DNA of 64,000 bases from Clostridiales bacterium (GTDB taxonomy: Bacteria > Bacillota > Clostridia > Christensenellales > CAG-138). The stretch is from the NCBI GenBank assembly GCA_009779405.1, contig WREI01000003.1, positions 6,552 through 70,551 on the forward strand, given 5' to 3'. The notes beneath the pieces were generated by a model. That model searched no databases. It had not been told where the DNA came from and worked only from the letters and a program-made list of their open reading frames with translations. The translations under genes were made by a program, and so were the position numbers. Numbering within the stretch: position 1 is the first letter of the stretch; each line of letters starts with the position of its first letter. Below, piece after piece: positions 28,390 through 37,528 of the stretch.

Positions 28390-28457
28390 AACAGGGTTTA
28401 GGGATCAGGTTACAGGGATCTGAAATATTTATATTATTATATAGGAAAGTTTCGCTC

Positions 28458-28486
28458 TTGACAAGAAAGAACAGGGGTGATATAAA
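28458..28486 (+). promoter_or_regulatory. Sigma-A-type promoter of the pheS T-box leader
   Basis: TTGACA (28458-28463), a 17-nt spacer, then TATAAA (28481-28486). Confidence 0.5.
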
Positions 28487-28489
28487 TAG

Positions 28490-28733
28490 CGCAACGCGAT
28501 GACGGGGAGTGCACGTACCAAGGTCTGTCAGAATAGCGAGTTCCGGGTGGTGGAAGCGGAACCTGAAGCGGTGCGGCGCGTTTCGCCCCTGAGCTGTGGA
28601 GGTCAACGGATATATCCCAGTAGCCCCCGCCGGGTCCGCCCGATACAGCGGCAGAGAGCCGTGGCATAGCCATGGAAACTTGGGTGGTACCGCGTTTTAC
28701 GACGCCCCTTGCTTTTGCGAGGGGCTATTTTTT
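28490..28733 (+). promoter_or_regulatory. T-box leader (tRNA-Phe sensing) with an intrinsic terminator
   Basis: The conserved T-box sequence GAAACTTGGGTGGTACCGCG (28675-28694) is followed directly by the terminator hairpin. A candidate UUC specifier lies at 28551-28553. The leader sits upstream of pheS. Confidence 0.8.
28704..28733 (+). terminator. T-box leader terminator
   Basis: GCCCCT...AGGGGC stem followed by TATTTTTT. Confidence 0.7.
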
Positions 28734-28855
28734 AGTGAATAGTTAACAGTTGTGTTAGAAATATCTGCGGTATTTCAATCAAATTGTAAAGAATCGCTTG
28801 CGGTTCTTACCATAACTATTCACTCTTAACTCTTAACTGTCAACAGGAGGTCATC

Positions 28856-29884
28856 ATGGAACAAACCTTACAGGAAATTCGCAGCAAAGCCCTGGCCGCC
28901 CTCGCGGATGTCCTAACGGAAACGGAACTCGAAGTCCTGCGCCAAAGCGTGTTCGGCAAAAGCGGCTCGCTGGGCCTGCTGTTGCGCGGCATGGGTAAAC
29001 TGACGCCCGAGGAACGCGCCGCGATGGGCAAGATCATCAACGAGACCAAGGCCGAGCTGGAAGCCGCGATGGGTGCCCTGCGCGATACGCTGCAAACCGA
29101 AGCGCGCGAGCGCCGCTTTGCCGCGGAAGCGCTGGATGTCACCGAGCCGGGCAAAAATCCGCTCCCCAAGGGCGCACTGCACCCTATGACGCAGACTTAC
29201 CGCACCATACGCGATACGCTGATCGGTATGGGCTTTACGATGTTCGACGGGCCGGAGATAGAATGGGATGATAACAACTTCACCCTGCTGAACCTGCCGA
29301 AAGACCATCCCGCGCGGGATATGCAGGATACGTTTTATATCAACGAGGATGTGGTGCTCAGAACCCATACCTCCCCCTTGGAGATACGCGCCCTGCAAAA
29401 TCTGACGCCGCCGTTTCGGCTCATTATGCCGGGCCGCGTGTTCCGCGTGGATGAATTGGACGCCAGTCACAGCCCCGTCTTTATGCAGATGGAGGGCTTT
29501 GTGGTGGATAAGGGGCTCAGCATGGCACACCTGAAAGGCACGCTGGAGACCTTTATCCACGCGCTGTTCGGCAATGATGTACAGGTGCGCCTACGCCCCT
29601 CCTATTTCCCGTTCACCGAGCCCTCCGCCGAGGTGGATATGAGCTGCACCATCTGCGGCGGCACAGGCGCGGGCTGCCGTGTCTGCAAGGGTACGGGCTG
29701 GATTGAGATTCTGGGCTGTGGTATGACCAACCCCCACGAGCTGAAAAACTGCGGCCTCGATCCGAACGAATGGAGCGCGTTTGCGTTCGGCGTAGGCGTC
29801 GACCGTGTGACCAGCCTGAAATACGGCATCACGGATATACGCCATCAGTATGAGAACGACGCGCGCTTTCTGCGCCAGTTTTAG
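28856..29884 (+). CDS. pheS: Phenylalanine--tRNA ligase alpha subunit
   Basis: 342 aa with class II aaRS motifs (HPARDMQDTFY, FRVDELDASHSPVFMQMEG, GFAFGVGVDR). GGAGG RBS. Confidence 0.9.
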   Translation: MEQTLQEIRSKALAALADVLTETELEVLRQSVFGKSGSLGLLLRGMGKLTPEERAAMGKIINETKAELEAAMGALRDTLQTEARERRFAAEALDVTEPGKNPLPKGALHPMTQTYRTIRDTLIGMGFTMFDGPEIEWDDNNFTLLNLPKDHPARDMQDTFYINEDVVLRTHTSPLEIRALQNLTPPFRLIMPGRVFRVDELDASHSPVFMQMEGFVVDKGLSMAHLKGTLETFIHALFGNDVQVRLRPSYFPFTEPSAEVDMSCTICGGTGAGCRVCKGTGWIEILGCGMTNPHELKNCGLDPNEWSAFAFGVGVDRVTSLKYGITDIRHQYENDARFLRQF

Positions 29885-29893
29885 GAGCATGCT

Positions 29894-31222
29894 TTGACCA
29901 TCAAACTCCCGGACGCGGTGCAATATATCCTCCATACCCTGCAAGCGGCGGGCTATGACGCGTATGTAGTCGGCGGTTGTGTACGCGACGGCGCTTTGGG
30001 GAAGGCCCCGAAGGATTGGGACATATGCACGCCTGCCCCGCCGAACAAGACAATGCAGTGCTTTGACGGCCAGCATATCATCGAGACGGGTCTGCAGCAC
30101 GGCACGGTCACGTTGATGCTGCACCATGCGCCGTATGAGATCACGACTTACCGCGTCGATGGCAGCTATTCCGACCACCGCCGCCCCGACAACGTGGAGT
30201 TCGTCAGCAGCTTGAAAACCGACTTGTCCCGACGTGACTTCACAATCAACGCGATGGCATATCATCCCGATACGGGCATCGTCGATTATTTCGGCGGGAT
30301 GAAGGATATAAGCGCCGGGATAATCCGCTGCGTAGGCGACGCCAATCGGCGATTTCGGGAAGACGCCCTACGCATTATGCGGGCCATGCGGTTTGCTTCG
30401 GCGCTAAGCTTTGCCATTGATGAGAAAACCGCAACGGCGATGCACGATAACCGCGCTCTGCTGCAAAACATAGCCGTCGAGCGCATAGCAAACGAACTGA
30501 ACAGGATGTTGCTTGGCGATGGTGCAGGCGATATTATGCGAAATCACCTGTCGGTGCTTGCCGAAATCCTCCCCGAACTCGTGCCGACGATCGGGCTTTC
30601 GCACAACAACCCGTATCACAGCCACGATGTGTTGAATCACATCCTGTGCAGCGTAGAGCATGCGCCAAAGGAGCCCGTTATTCGCCTGACCATGCTGTTT
30701 CATGATCTGGGCAAGCCGTACTGCTATACGGAAGAGGATGGCATAGGCCACTTTTACGGGCATCCCAAGGTGAGTGCCGAACTGGCGGAAGCCATACTTG
30801 CACGGCTGAAATATGACAACGAAACGAAACGGGCAGTAACGGAACTGGTATTGTACCATGATGCGCCGATGCTGCCGGACAGGAAGCATATCAAGCGTTG
30901 GCTGTGCAGAATCGGCGAAGAGCGTTTCAGGCAACTGATAGAGGTGAAAAGAGCGGACGCGCTGGCGCAATCCGTATTGGGCCGGAGGGAAAAGCTTGAT
31001 ACATTAGATGCAATTGCCAAACTGGCAGACGAAATCGTCGCGCAACAGGAATGCTTCTCTCTGAAAGACCTGGCCGTGAACGGCAACGATTTACTCTCGC
31101 TTGGCTTCACGGCGGGCGCGGCGCTTGGCGAAATGCTGAACCGATTGATGGATATGGTTATAGACGAACAAGTGAAAAACGACAAGGCGGCACTGTTGAC
31201 GTTTGCCGCAAAAAACAAATAG
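29894..31222 (+). CDS. cca: CCA-adding tRNA nucleotidyltransferase with an HD domain
   Basis: The TTG start lies 6 nt after AGGAG. It has the class II NTase motif GGCVRDGALGKAPKDWDI and HD-domain residues (HDLGKP). Confidence 0.8.
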   Translation: MTIKLPDAVQYILHTLQAAGYDAYVVGGCVRDGALGKAPKDWDICTPAPPNKTMQCFDGQHIIETGLQHGTVTLMLHHAPYEITTYRVDGSYSDHRRPDNVEFVSSLKTDLSRRDFTINAMAYHPDTGIVDYFGGMKDISAGIIRCVGDANRRFREDALRIMRAMRFASALSFAIDEKTATAMHDNRALLQNIAVERIANELNRMLLGDGAGDIMRNHLSVLAEILPELVPTIGLSHNNPYHSHDVLNHILCSVEHAPKEPVIRLTMLFHDLGKPYCYTEEDGIGHFYGHPKVSAELAEAILARLKYDNETKRAVTELVLYHDAPMLPDRKHIKRWLCRIGEERFRQLIEVKRADALAQSVLGRREKLDTLDAIAKLADEIVAQQECFSLKDLAVNGNDLLSLGFTAGAALGEMLNRLMDMVIDEQVKNDKAALLTFAAKNK

Positions 31223-31231
31223 GAGGAAAGT

Positions 31232-33622
31232 ATGAAACTTCCGAAATCCTGGTTAACCGAATATGTAAACTTCGACATTTCCGATGCGGAATTCATCGAG
31301 CGCATGATGCACCGCGGCTTTGAGCCGGAGGGCGTAGAGCGGGAATTGGAGCAGGCGCGCGGCGTACTGACCGGGCGCATCATGCGCATGGAAGCCCACC
31401 CCAATGCCGCCCGACTGCGAGTCTGTCAGGTGGATATGGGTACGCACAGCGTCCAAATCGTCACCAACGCCACCAATGTCCGGGAGGGCGCAATCGTGCC
31501 TGTCGCGGTCGTGGGTGCGGAGATAGGGGAGACCACCTTCACTGCCGCGACCTTGCGCGGGGTGGAGAGCTACGGCATGTTCTGCGGTTGCGATACCTTG
31601 GGCGTCACTCTCGACGCCTGCGTCGGATGCAAAGCGGGCGAGGACGGCAGCGGGGTCTTGATCTTGCCCGAAGGCACGCCCGTCGGCATAGACATTGCGC
31701 AGGCCTTGGATATGACGGATACGATTTTCGACTTCTCCGTCACGCCCAACCGCCCGGACTGCAACAGTATCATCGGTCTCGCGCGCGAAGCCGCCGCTGC
31801 GCTGGGGCAACCGCTTACGACGCCGGGCATCCCCCACATCGCATCCGCCGCCGCGGGGCAATACGCAAGCGTGCGCGTGGAGGAATCCTTGCTCTGCCCG
31901 CGCTATACCGCCCGCGTTCTGCGCAATATCAAGATTGAGCCCTCCCCGCTGTGGATGCAACAGCGCCTGCGCCGCATGGGACAGCGGCCCATCAACAATA
32001 TCGTGGACATCACGAACTATAACCTGCTCGAGTGGGGGCATCCCCTGCATGCCTTTGACCTTTCCTGCGTTACGGACGGGCAGATTATCGTCCGCAAGGC
32101 GCGGGCGGGCGAGGTGGTCACCACCTTGGACGGCAAGGAGAGACCGTTAGACACCGACACACTGGTCATCGCGGACGCAAACCGCCCCGTCGCCATCGCG
32201 GGCGTGATGGGCGGCGCGAACTCCGAGATCACGGATCAAACGGAAACTGTCCTCTTGGAATCGGCGGTTTTCTATGCCGCGGGCATACGCAGAACCAGCA
32301 AGCGCCTGCGCCACAGCACCGACTCCTCAGTGCGCTTCGCCAAGGGCGTGGAAGCGGTGAACTGCAAGCTGGCCTTAAAGCGTGCCACACAACTGATCGT
32401 GGAATTGGGGGCGGGCGAAGCCGTTGGCGAAGTCCTCGATGTCTGCGCCGCCGAGCTCGCAGAGCGCGTTGCGATCGTTGATATTGATCATGTAAACAAT
32501 ATCCTTGGCCTGTCCATCGCGCCGGAGCGGATGATCGAATTGCTTGCGACCATATCCATACATGCGCAACGGGACAACAACACCCTGCGGGTGCAGATCC
32601 CCCACTGGCGTACGGATATCGAAACGGGCATACAGGCGGACGCAGATATCGCGGAGGAGATAGGCCGTCTGGCGGGTCTGTCGCTGATCGCGCCCGCCCT
32701 GCTGGCGGGGGACAGTCTCGGCAGCATCCCGTCCGCTTTCCGCGCCGAGGATTTGGTGAAGGACGCGCTTGCTGCCTGCGGCGCCTTGGAAATGTACAAC
32801 TACAATTTCAGCTCACCCGCCGCCCTCGCGCTGTTCGGGTTCACGGACGAGCGCACCCGCACCGTCCGCCTGCAAAACCCCTTCGGTGAGGAGCAGAGCC
32901 TGATGCGCAGCAGCCTCTATCCGGGCATGCTCGAAAGCGCGGCGCGCAACCTACGCCGCAAAACCGGCCACGGTAGATTCTTCGAGGTAGGAAACATCCA
33001 TATCGACGCGCCGGGTCTCCCCGTTGAACACAAAAAAATCGGCCTGTGCTATTTCGGCGAGGATGAATCTTTCTATACCCTGAAAGGCTCTATCGAACGC
33101 CTGCTCGAAACCTTCCGTGTACAAAACATCCGCTATACAGCCGCAAAGCAAACGGCATTCCAACCGGGCCGTTGCGCGGAAATCTGGGCAGGGGCTACCA
33201 AAATAGGCGAAATGGGGCAGTTGCATCCCGATGTAACGAACAGCGCGAATATCTCGCAACCCCTGTATATGGCAGAGCTCTCCTTCGCCGCCCTACTGGC
33301 CGCGAGTGGCGAAAGCGTGAAATTTACGCCCATCCCGCGCTTCCCCGTCGTGCAGCGCGATCTCGCGGTCGTGGTGGACGATGCCCGCGAAGCGGCGGAA
33401 CTGGCAAGCATCATCGAAAACACGGAAACGGACTTAATCATCTCCGATATCCGCCTGTTCGACGTATACCGCGGCGCCAACCTGCCCGCGGGCAAAAAGA
33501 GTCTCGCCTACTCCTTCACCCTCCGCGCCGAGGATCGCACCCTCTCTGACGCGGAAATTCAAAGCGCCTTCGCCGCCGTAATTGCGGCATTGGCGGCAAA
33601 CAACGCACCCATCCGGTCGTAG
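31232..33622 (+). CDS. pheT: Phenylalanine--tRNA ligase beta subunit
   Basis: 796 aa. N-terminus MKLPKSWLTEYV, then tRNA-binding, B3/4, B5 and FDX-ACB domains in the usual order. AGGAGG RBS. Confidence 0.9.
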   Translation: MKLPKSWLTEYVNFDISDAEFIERMMHRGFEPEGVERELEQARGVLTGRIMRMEAHPNAARLRVCQVDMGTHSVQIVTNATNVREGAIVPVAVVGAEIGETTFTAATLRGVESYGMFCGCDTLGVTLDACVGCKAGEDGSGVLILPEGTPVGIDIAQALDMTDTIFDFSVTPNRPDCNSIIGLAREAAAALGQPLTTPGIPHIASAAAGQYASVRVEESLLCPRYTARVLRNIKIEPSPLWMQQRLRRMGQRPINNIVDITNYNLLEWGHPLHAFDLSCVTDGQIIVRKARAGEVVTTLDGKERPLDTDTLVIADANRPVAIAGVMGGANSEITDQTETVLLESAVFYAAGIRRTSKRLRHSTDSSVRFAKGVEAVNCKLALKRATQLIVELGAGEAVGEVLDVCAAELAERVAIVDIDHVNNILGLSIAPERMIELLATISIHAQRDNNTLRVQIPHWRTDIETGIQADADIAEEIGRLAGLSLIAPALLAGDSLGSIPSAFRAEDLVKDALAACGALEMYNYNFSSPAALALFGFTDERTRTVRLQNPFGEEQSLMRSSLYPGMLESAARNLRRKTGHGRFFEVGNIHIDAPGLPVEHKKIGLCYFGEDESFYTLKGSIERLLETFRVQNIRYTAAKQTAFQPGRCAEIWAGATKIGEMGQLHPDVTNSANISQPLYMAELSFAALLAASGESVKFTPIPRFPVVQRDLAVVVDDAREAAELASIIENTETDLIISDIRLFDVYRGANLPAGKKSLAYSFTLRAEDRTLSDAEIQSAFAAVIAALAANNAPIRS

Positions 33623-33685
33623 GGGCGAGACATGCCTCGCCCGCCCCGCCCAACCACCCGCTTAGCCTGAATAAAGGAGGACGCC

Positions 33686-34981
33686 ATGAAAAACGCATTG
33701 AAAACTCTGGCTGTTATATTGATTCTGACCATATGTTTATCGTGTTCGGATTCTGATAAGTTGCCACTTCTAAAACCAACACCCGTGCCGGAAACATCTA
33801 CACCCGAACCCGAGCAGATAAAATCAACGCACGAGGATTTCGGAGAGGAAAACGGGTTTGTGTACAAAGACAATGGCGATGGCACTTGTACAATAACTAC
33901 ATACAAGGGCGAACAAGCCGGGGATTTGGTTATTCCGCGTGAAATAAACGGGCTTGCAGTAACGATAATCGGTGATTCCTATTTCGCGGGAATCATGGGA
34001 AGAAGTGCGTTTACAGACTGCACCGGGTTTACTGGAAACCTGATCATACCCGACAGTGTGACAAGAATAGAACTGTGCGCGTTTTCCGGATGCAGCGGAT
34101 TAACGGGAACTTTGGTTATTCCAAACAGCGTAACACATATCGGCATGAGCGCATTCGATGGTTGCAGTGGCTTCACGGGAACTGTAGTGATACCCGACAA
34201 CGTAACAACAATTGAACCCGGTGTTTTCACTCGTTGCAGCGGCATAACATCCATCGATATTTCTGCGCAGAATCCATACTATGCAACATTGGACGGAATC
34301 TTGTTCAATAAAGATAAAAGTGAGTTGATTCAGGCGCCGGGCGGAATGCAAGTAGAAAACTATGTGGTTCCAAGCAGCGTGCAAACAATCAGTTCTTACG
34401 CATTTCAAGATTGCGATGGACTAACAGGTAGCATAACGATACCCGAAACAGTTACAAGGATTGGAGCGTACGCATTTTCCGATTGCAATGACTTAGTCTC
34501 AATAGAAGTATCTGAGCTAAATCAAAACTATTCCTCATTGGATGGCATGTTGTTAGCAGGCAAGAGCGAGTTATTTTGCGTGCCTGCGGGAATGCAGAGG
34601 GAAAATTACGTGATCCCAAGCAGTATAGTGAGAATCTTCAATTTTGCTTTTTCCAATTGCAGCGGATTCACAGGAAATCTGACTATCCCGGACAGCGTGA
34701 CCTATCTTGGAGACGGCGCGTTTTATGGGTGCAGTGGCTTAACAAGTATAACGATAGGTAGCCATGTAACAGATATGGGCTATAACTCTGTCGGATGTTT
34801 TATATTTGCCAATTGCAGTAACTTAACACAAGTTGATTTTCTAACAAATGCGCCTGAGGGAGATGTATTTGAGAATATGTTTGATGACTGCGCGGATGAT
34901 TTCAAAATCATATACGATCCGTTAAAATCAGGTTGGAGTACGCCGCTATGGCGCGGTTATCCTTGTTATCCGAAAGCCTAA
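33686..34981 (+). CDS. BspA-type leucine-rich-repeat (LRR_5-like) surface lipoprotein
   Basis: Lipobox at ILTICLSCS. It has many repeats of the pattern IP.SVT.IG..AF..C..LT. Confidence 0.7.
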   Translation: MKNALKTLAVILILTICLSCSDSDKLPLLKPTPVPETSTPEPEQIKSTHEDFGEENGFVYKDNGDGTCTITTYKGEQAGDLVIPREINGLAVTIIGDSYFAGIMGRSAFTDCTGFTGNLIIPDSVTRIELCAFSGCSGLTGTLVIPNSVTHIGMSAFDGCSGFTGTVVIPDNVTTIEPGVFTRCSGITSIDISAQNPYYATLDGILFNKDKSELIQAPGGMQVENYVVPSSVQTISSYAFQDCDGLTGSITIPETVTRIGAYAFSDCNDLVSIEVSELNQNYSSLDGMLLAGKSELFCVPAGMQRENYVIPSSIVRIFNFAFSNCSGFTGNLTIPDSVTYLGDGAFYGCSGLTSITIGSHVTDMGYNSVGCFIFANCSNLTQVDFLTNAPEGDVFENMFDDCADDFKIIYDPLKSGWSTPLWRGYPCYPKA

Positions 34982-35012
34982 TACATATCCAAACTCGCCT
35001 TCCGCCGTGCCA
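34977..35012. repeat. 36-nt direct repeat, copy 1 (orphan copy of the 3' end of the ABC-2 permease gene)
   Basis: CCTAATACATATCCAAACTCGCCTTCCGCCGTGCCA matches 35963-35998 at 35 of 36 positions. Confidence 0.85.
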
Positions 35013-35029
35013 GAAAGGATGACTTATTT

Positions 35030-35967
35030 ATGAAAGTGAAAGCAGTATCAGCAAAAATCATTATTGCTCTGCTGTGCTTACTATCGTTTTTTTCTTGCGG
35101 TGAACCAACGGAGACAGAAAAGAACAGTGGAGATATTGAGGATAAAGACGTACCATCTATAGTTCCCGAGCATGAAGAACCTCAGGAAACTCTTTCGGTT
35201 ATTAATGGAGCTTTATACATTGATAACGATGACGAAATGCTGTCATGGCGCAAAGCATGGCGCAGTGCCTATGCTATAAAGAGAAAATGGCACAATTTGA
35301 AATGGAGTATGGGGTTATTACTTCTGTCGTTATCGGAACAAATGTTACCGCAATCATAGATAAAGCATTTTGGGATTGCAAAACAATTGAGACTATTTAT
35401 TTGAGCGACTCCGTTGTATCAATAGGAAGGGATGCCTTTACGGGATGTGTAAGGTTGGAAGTCATAAACATACCAAATTCGGTCACAGAAATAGGAGAGG
35501 GAGCCTTTGAATATTGCGCGCTAAAGAGTATAGAATTTCCCAATCAACTGGAAAGCATGGCCACCTGCCTACTTGACCGGTGTAACGATTTGCAGTATCT
35601 GTTCATACCCAGAAGCGTAAAGTCTATCGGAAGAGCCGCCATAGGTGGAGATAATTTATTGCGTGTTGTTTTTGAGGGAACCATTGAGTATATTGATGCC
35701 TTCTATCTGCATTGGTATCCCAAACTGAGTCAATTGGTGTTTTTGGAGGAACCTCCCATAGATTATGGCGGCAACCCTAACGATCTGGAGGCGTTTGGGA
35801 TGACATTTTACAGAGACCCACTTCCTACGATATATGTTCTCAATCGCTATCGTGTCTTGTGGTTCCCTAACGGAGAGACTGCGTGGAATGGCTGTCCGCT
35901 TGTGTTTATTGATGACATAAGCGAAGTTCCCCCACCACCCGATATAAATGGAGTGTTTGCACCCTAA
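35030..35967 (+). pseudogene. BspA-type LRR lipoprotein split over two reading frames
   Basis: The lipoprotein signal (LLCLLSFFSCG) and linker are in frame 2 (35030-35359). The LRR repeats are in frame 1 (35245-35967), which opens only after a stop at 35230-35232. The overlap contains the A-run GAGAAAATGG. Confidence 0.5.
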
Positions 35968-35998
35968 TACATATCCAAACTCGCCTTCCGCCTTGCCA
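35963..35998. repeat. 36-nt direct repeat, copy 2 (functional 3' end of the ABC-2 permease gene)
   Basis: CCTAATACATATCCAAACTCGCCTTCCGCCTTGCCA encodes ...RKASLDMY* on the minus strand. Confidence 0.85.
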
Positions 35999-36749
35999 AC
36001 CGCTCAAAGAACCTAAGCAACACAAACGCCAGCACATAAAACCCCAACCCCAGCAGCAGTTCCCCGCCTATCAGGCGATAGAACTCCCCCGGCAAAGCGC
36101 CCCAACCCACAAAACTCAGATTCGCCGCGGCAATGGCGCGCTGCAAGGGGAAGACGCGCCCTATCCACTGCGCCCAGACGGGCAACTGCGCAACGGGGAA
36201 GTTCGCGCCGGAGAAAAAGATTGTCATCGCCGTGGCGATATTCAAGATCATATACAGGGAGTCCGTGCAGAGCGAGAATACGGAGAGCAGCATGCCCGCG
36301 CCCGCGCAGGCGAAGGTCGCGGCCAGCATGCAGAGCAGGAAGGCCGGGATATGCAGATCGCCGAAGGGTACGCGGAAGATCAGCCCGCCAAAGAGCATAC
36401 CAGCCGCCACAACCACGAAGGACATGATGATCGACGCCATGCCGCTCTGCAGCACCAGCGCGAGCTTATTGCCCGGCGCGGCGATGATATTCCCCAGAGT
36501 GCCGTTCATGCGTGCGCCCGCGAACATCGTACCCGTGATATGCATGCATTCCATCAGACAGAGGTTGAACGCGTTGCCCACCACCCAGCGGGTCAAATCG
36601 ATATTCCCCGTGGTGAAGCGCGCCACCAAGCAATAGAAGATCAGCGAGAGCAGGGAATAGCCGATTTGCAGCGCAAGGAACTCCGTCCAGTTGAAGCCAC
36701 CCTGGCGCATCTTGTAGGATATCCATACCTGTGAAAAGAATCGTTTCAT
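35964..36749 (-). CDS. ABC-2 type transporter permease
   Basis: 261 aa and six-TM-like. It overlaps the upstream permease stop by 4 nt. Confidence 0.7.
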   Translation of the reverse strand: MKRFFSQVWISYKMRQGGFNWTEFLALQIGYSLLSLIFYCLVARFTTGNIDLTRWVVGNAFNLCLMECMHITGTMFAGARMNGTLGNIIAAPGNKLALVLQSGMASIIMSFVVVAAGMLFGGLIFRVPFGDLHIPAFLLCMLAATFACAGAGMLLSVFSLCTDSLYMILNIATAMTIFFSGANFPVAQLPVWAQWIGRVFPLQRAIAAANLSFVGWGALPGEFYRLIGGELLLGLGFYVLAFVLLRFFERLARRKASLDMY

Positions 36750-37528
36750 GCGAGCTCCAAACTGCCGCTCTTCTTAATTTGGCGGTATATGGCCCTATAG
36801 GCCAGCGCGGTCACAAGCGCGAACGCAAGCGTCGTAACCCCCAACCACAGCGCGGACTGCCAGTAGGTGAATGTGCCATCGCCGCCCGTCGCCGCCGTGC
36901 GCAGCAGCTTCACGGCCCAGGTCGGCGGGAAGGCATAGGAGACGAGCCGCACCCAGACGGGCAGCAACTCCACGGGGAACGCGAACCCGCAGAGCAGGGT
37001 CAGCGGAAGGTCTATACAATTCATCCACAACTGCGTCTTGCGCGAGAGGGTCAGCATATAGGCAAAGAACAGCGAGAACACGACAAAGCAAATCAGCATT
37101 AGGAAAAACGCCAATGCGAAGAGACCCGGGTCGCGCACGATGATGGGTCTTTGGTATACCAGCGCGGCAAATGCGACGGAGATAAAGAAGGAGCCGACCG
37201 AAAGCAAGGTATTCCCCAGTATCTTCCCGAGTAAGGTCAAGCGAAAATCCGCGGGTACGGCAAAGAGCAGGCGCAGGGTGTTGCTCCAGCGCTCCCGGTT
37301 GATATCGCCCGCCGAGGAAAAGCAGATGCAGCCCCAGAGGTTGAACAGTCCGCTGCCGAGACAGACATAGGCGAAAAAGTCCGCGTCATTCGCGTTGCGG
37401 TACATCTCGCCCCAGAGTAGGGCAAAGAGCAGCGGCGAGACCAGCATGCAGAATTTGAACATGGGCCGCGCAAAGGTCTGCACCATCTGCACGCGCACCG
37501 ACGCGAAGAGTATGCGCAAATCAGCCAT
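36746..37528 (-). CDS. ABC-2 type transporter permease
   Basis: 260 aa, multi-TM. Its start overlaps the ATPase stop by 8 nt. Confidence 0.7.
   Translation of the reverse strand: MADLRILFASVRVQMVQTFARPMFKFCMLVSPLLFALLWGEMYRNANDADFFAYVCLGSGLFNLWGCICFSSAGDINRERWSNTLRLLFAVPADFRLTLLGKILGNTLLSVGSFFISVAFAALVYQRPIIVRDPGLFALAFFLMLICFVVFSLFFAYMLTLSRKTQLWMNCIDLPLTLLCGFAFPVELLPVWVRLVSYAFPPTWAVKLLRTAATGGDGTFTYWQSALWLGVTTLAFALVTALAYRAIYRQIKKSGSLELA

Noticed and set aside
28400-28430. A short direct repeat, AGGGATC x2, upstream of ftsK.
   Set aside because: It is only 7 nt long and occurs twice, which is compatible with chance.
34977-35998. The 36-nt repeats read as a template/variable repeat pair of a diversity-generating retroelement acting on the LRR genes.
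   Set aside because: There is no reverse transcriptase gene. The repeat is only 36 nt with a single mismatch that is not adenine-specific. It corresponds to the 3' end of the neighbouring ABC permease gene rather than to LRR coding sequence.
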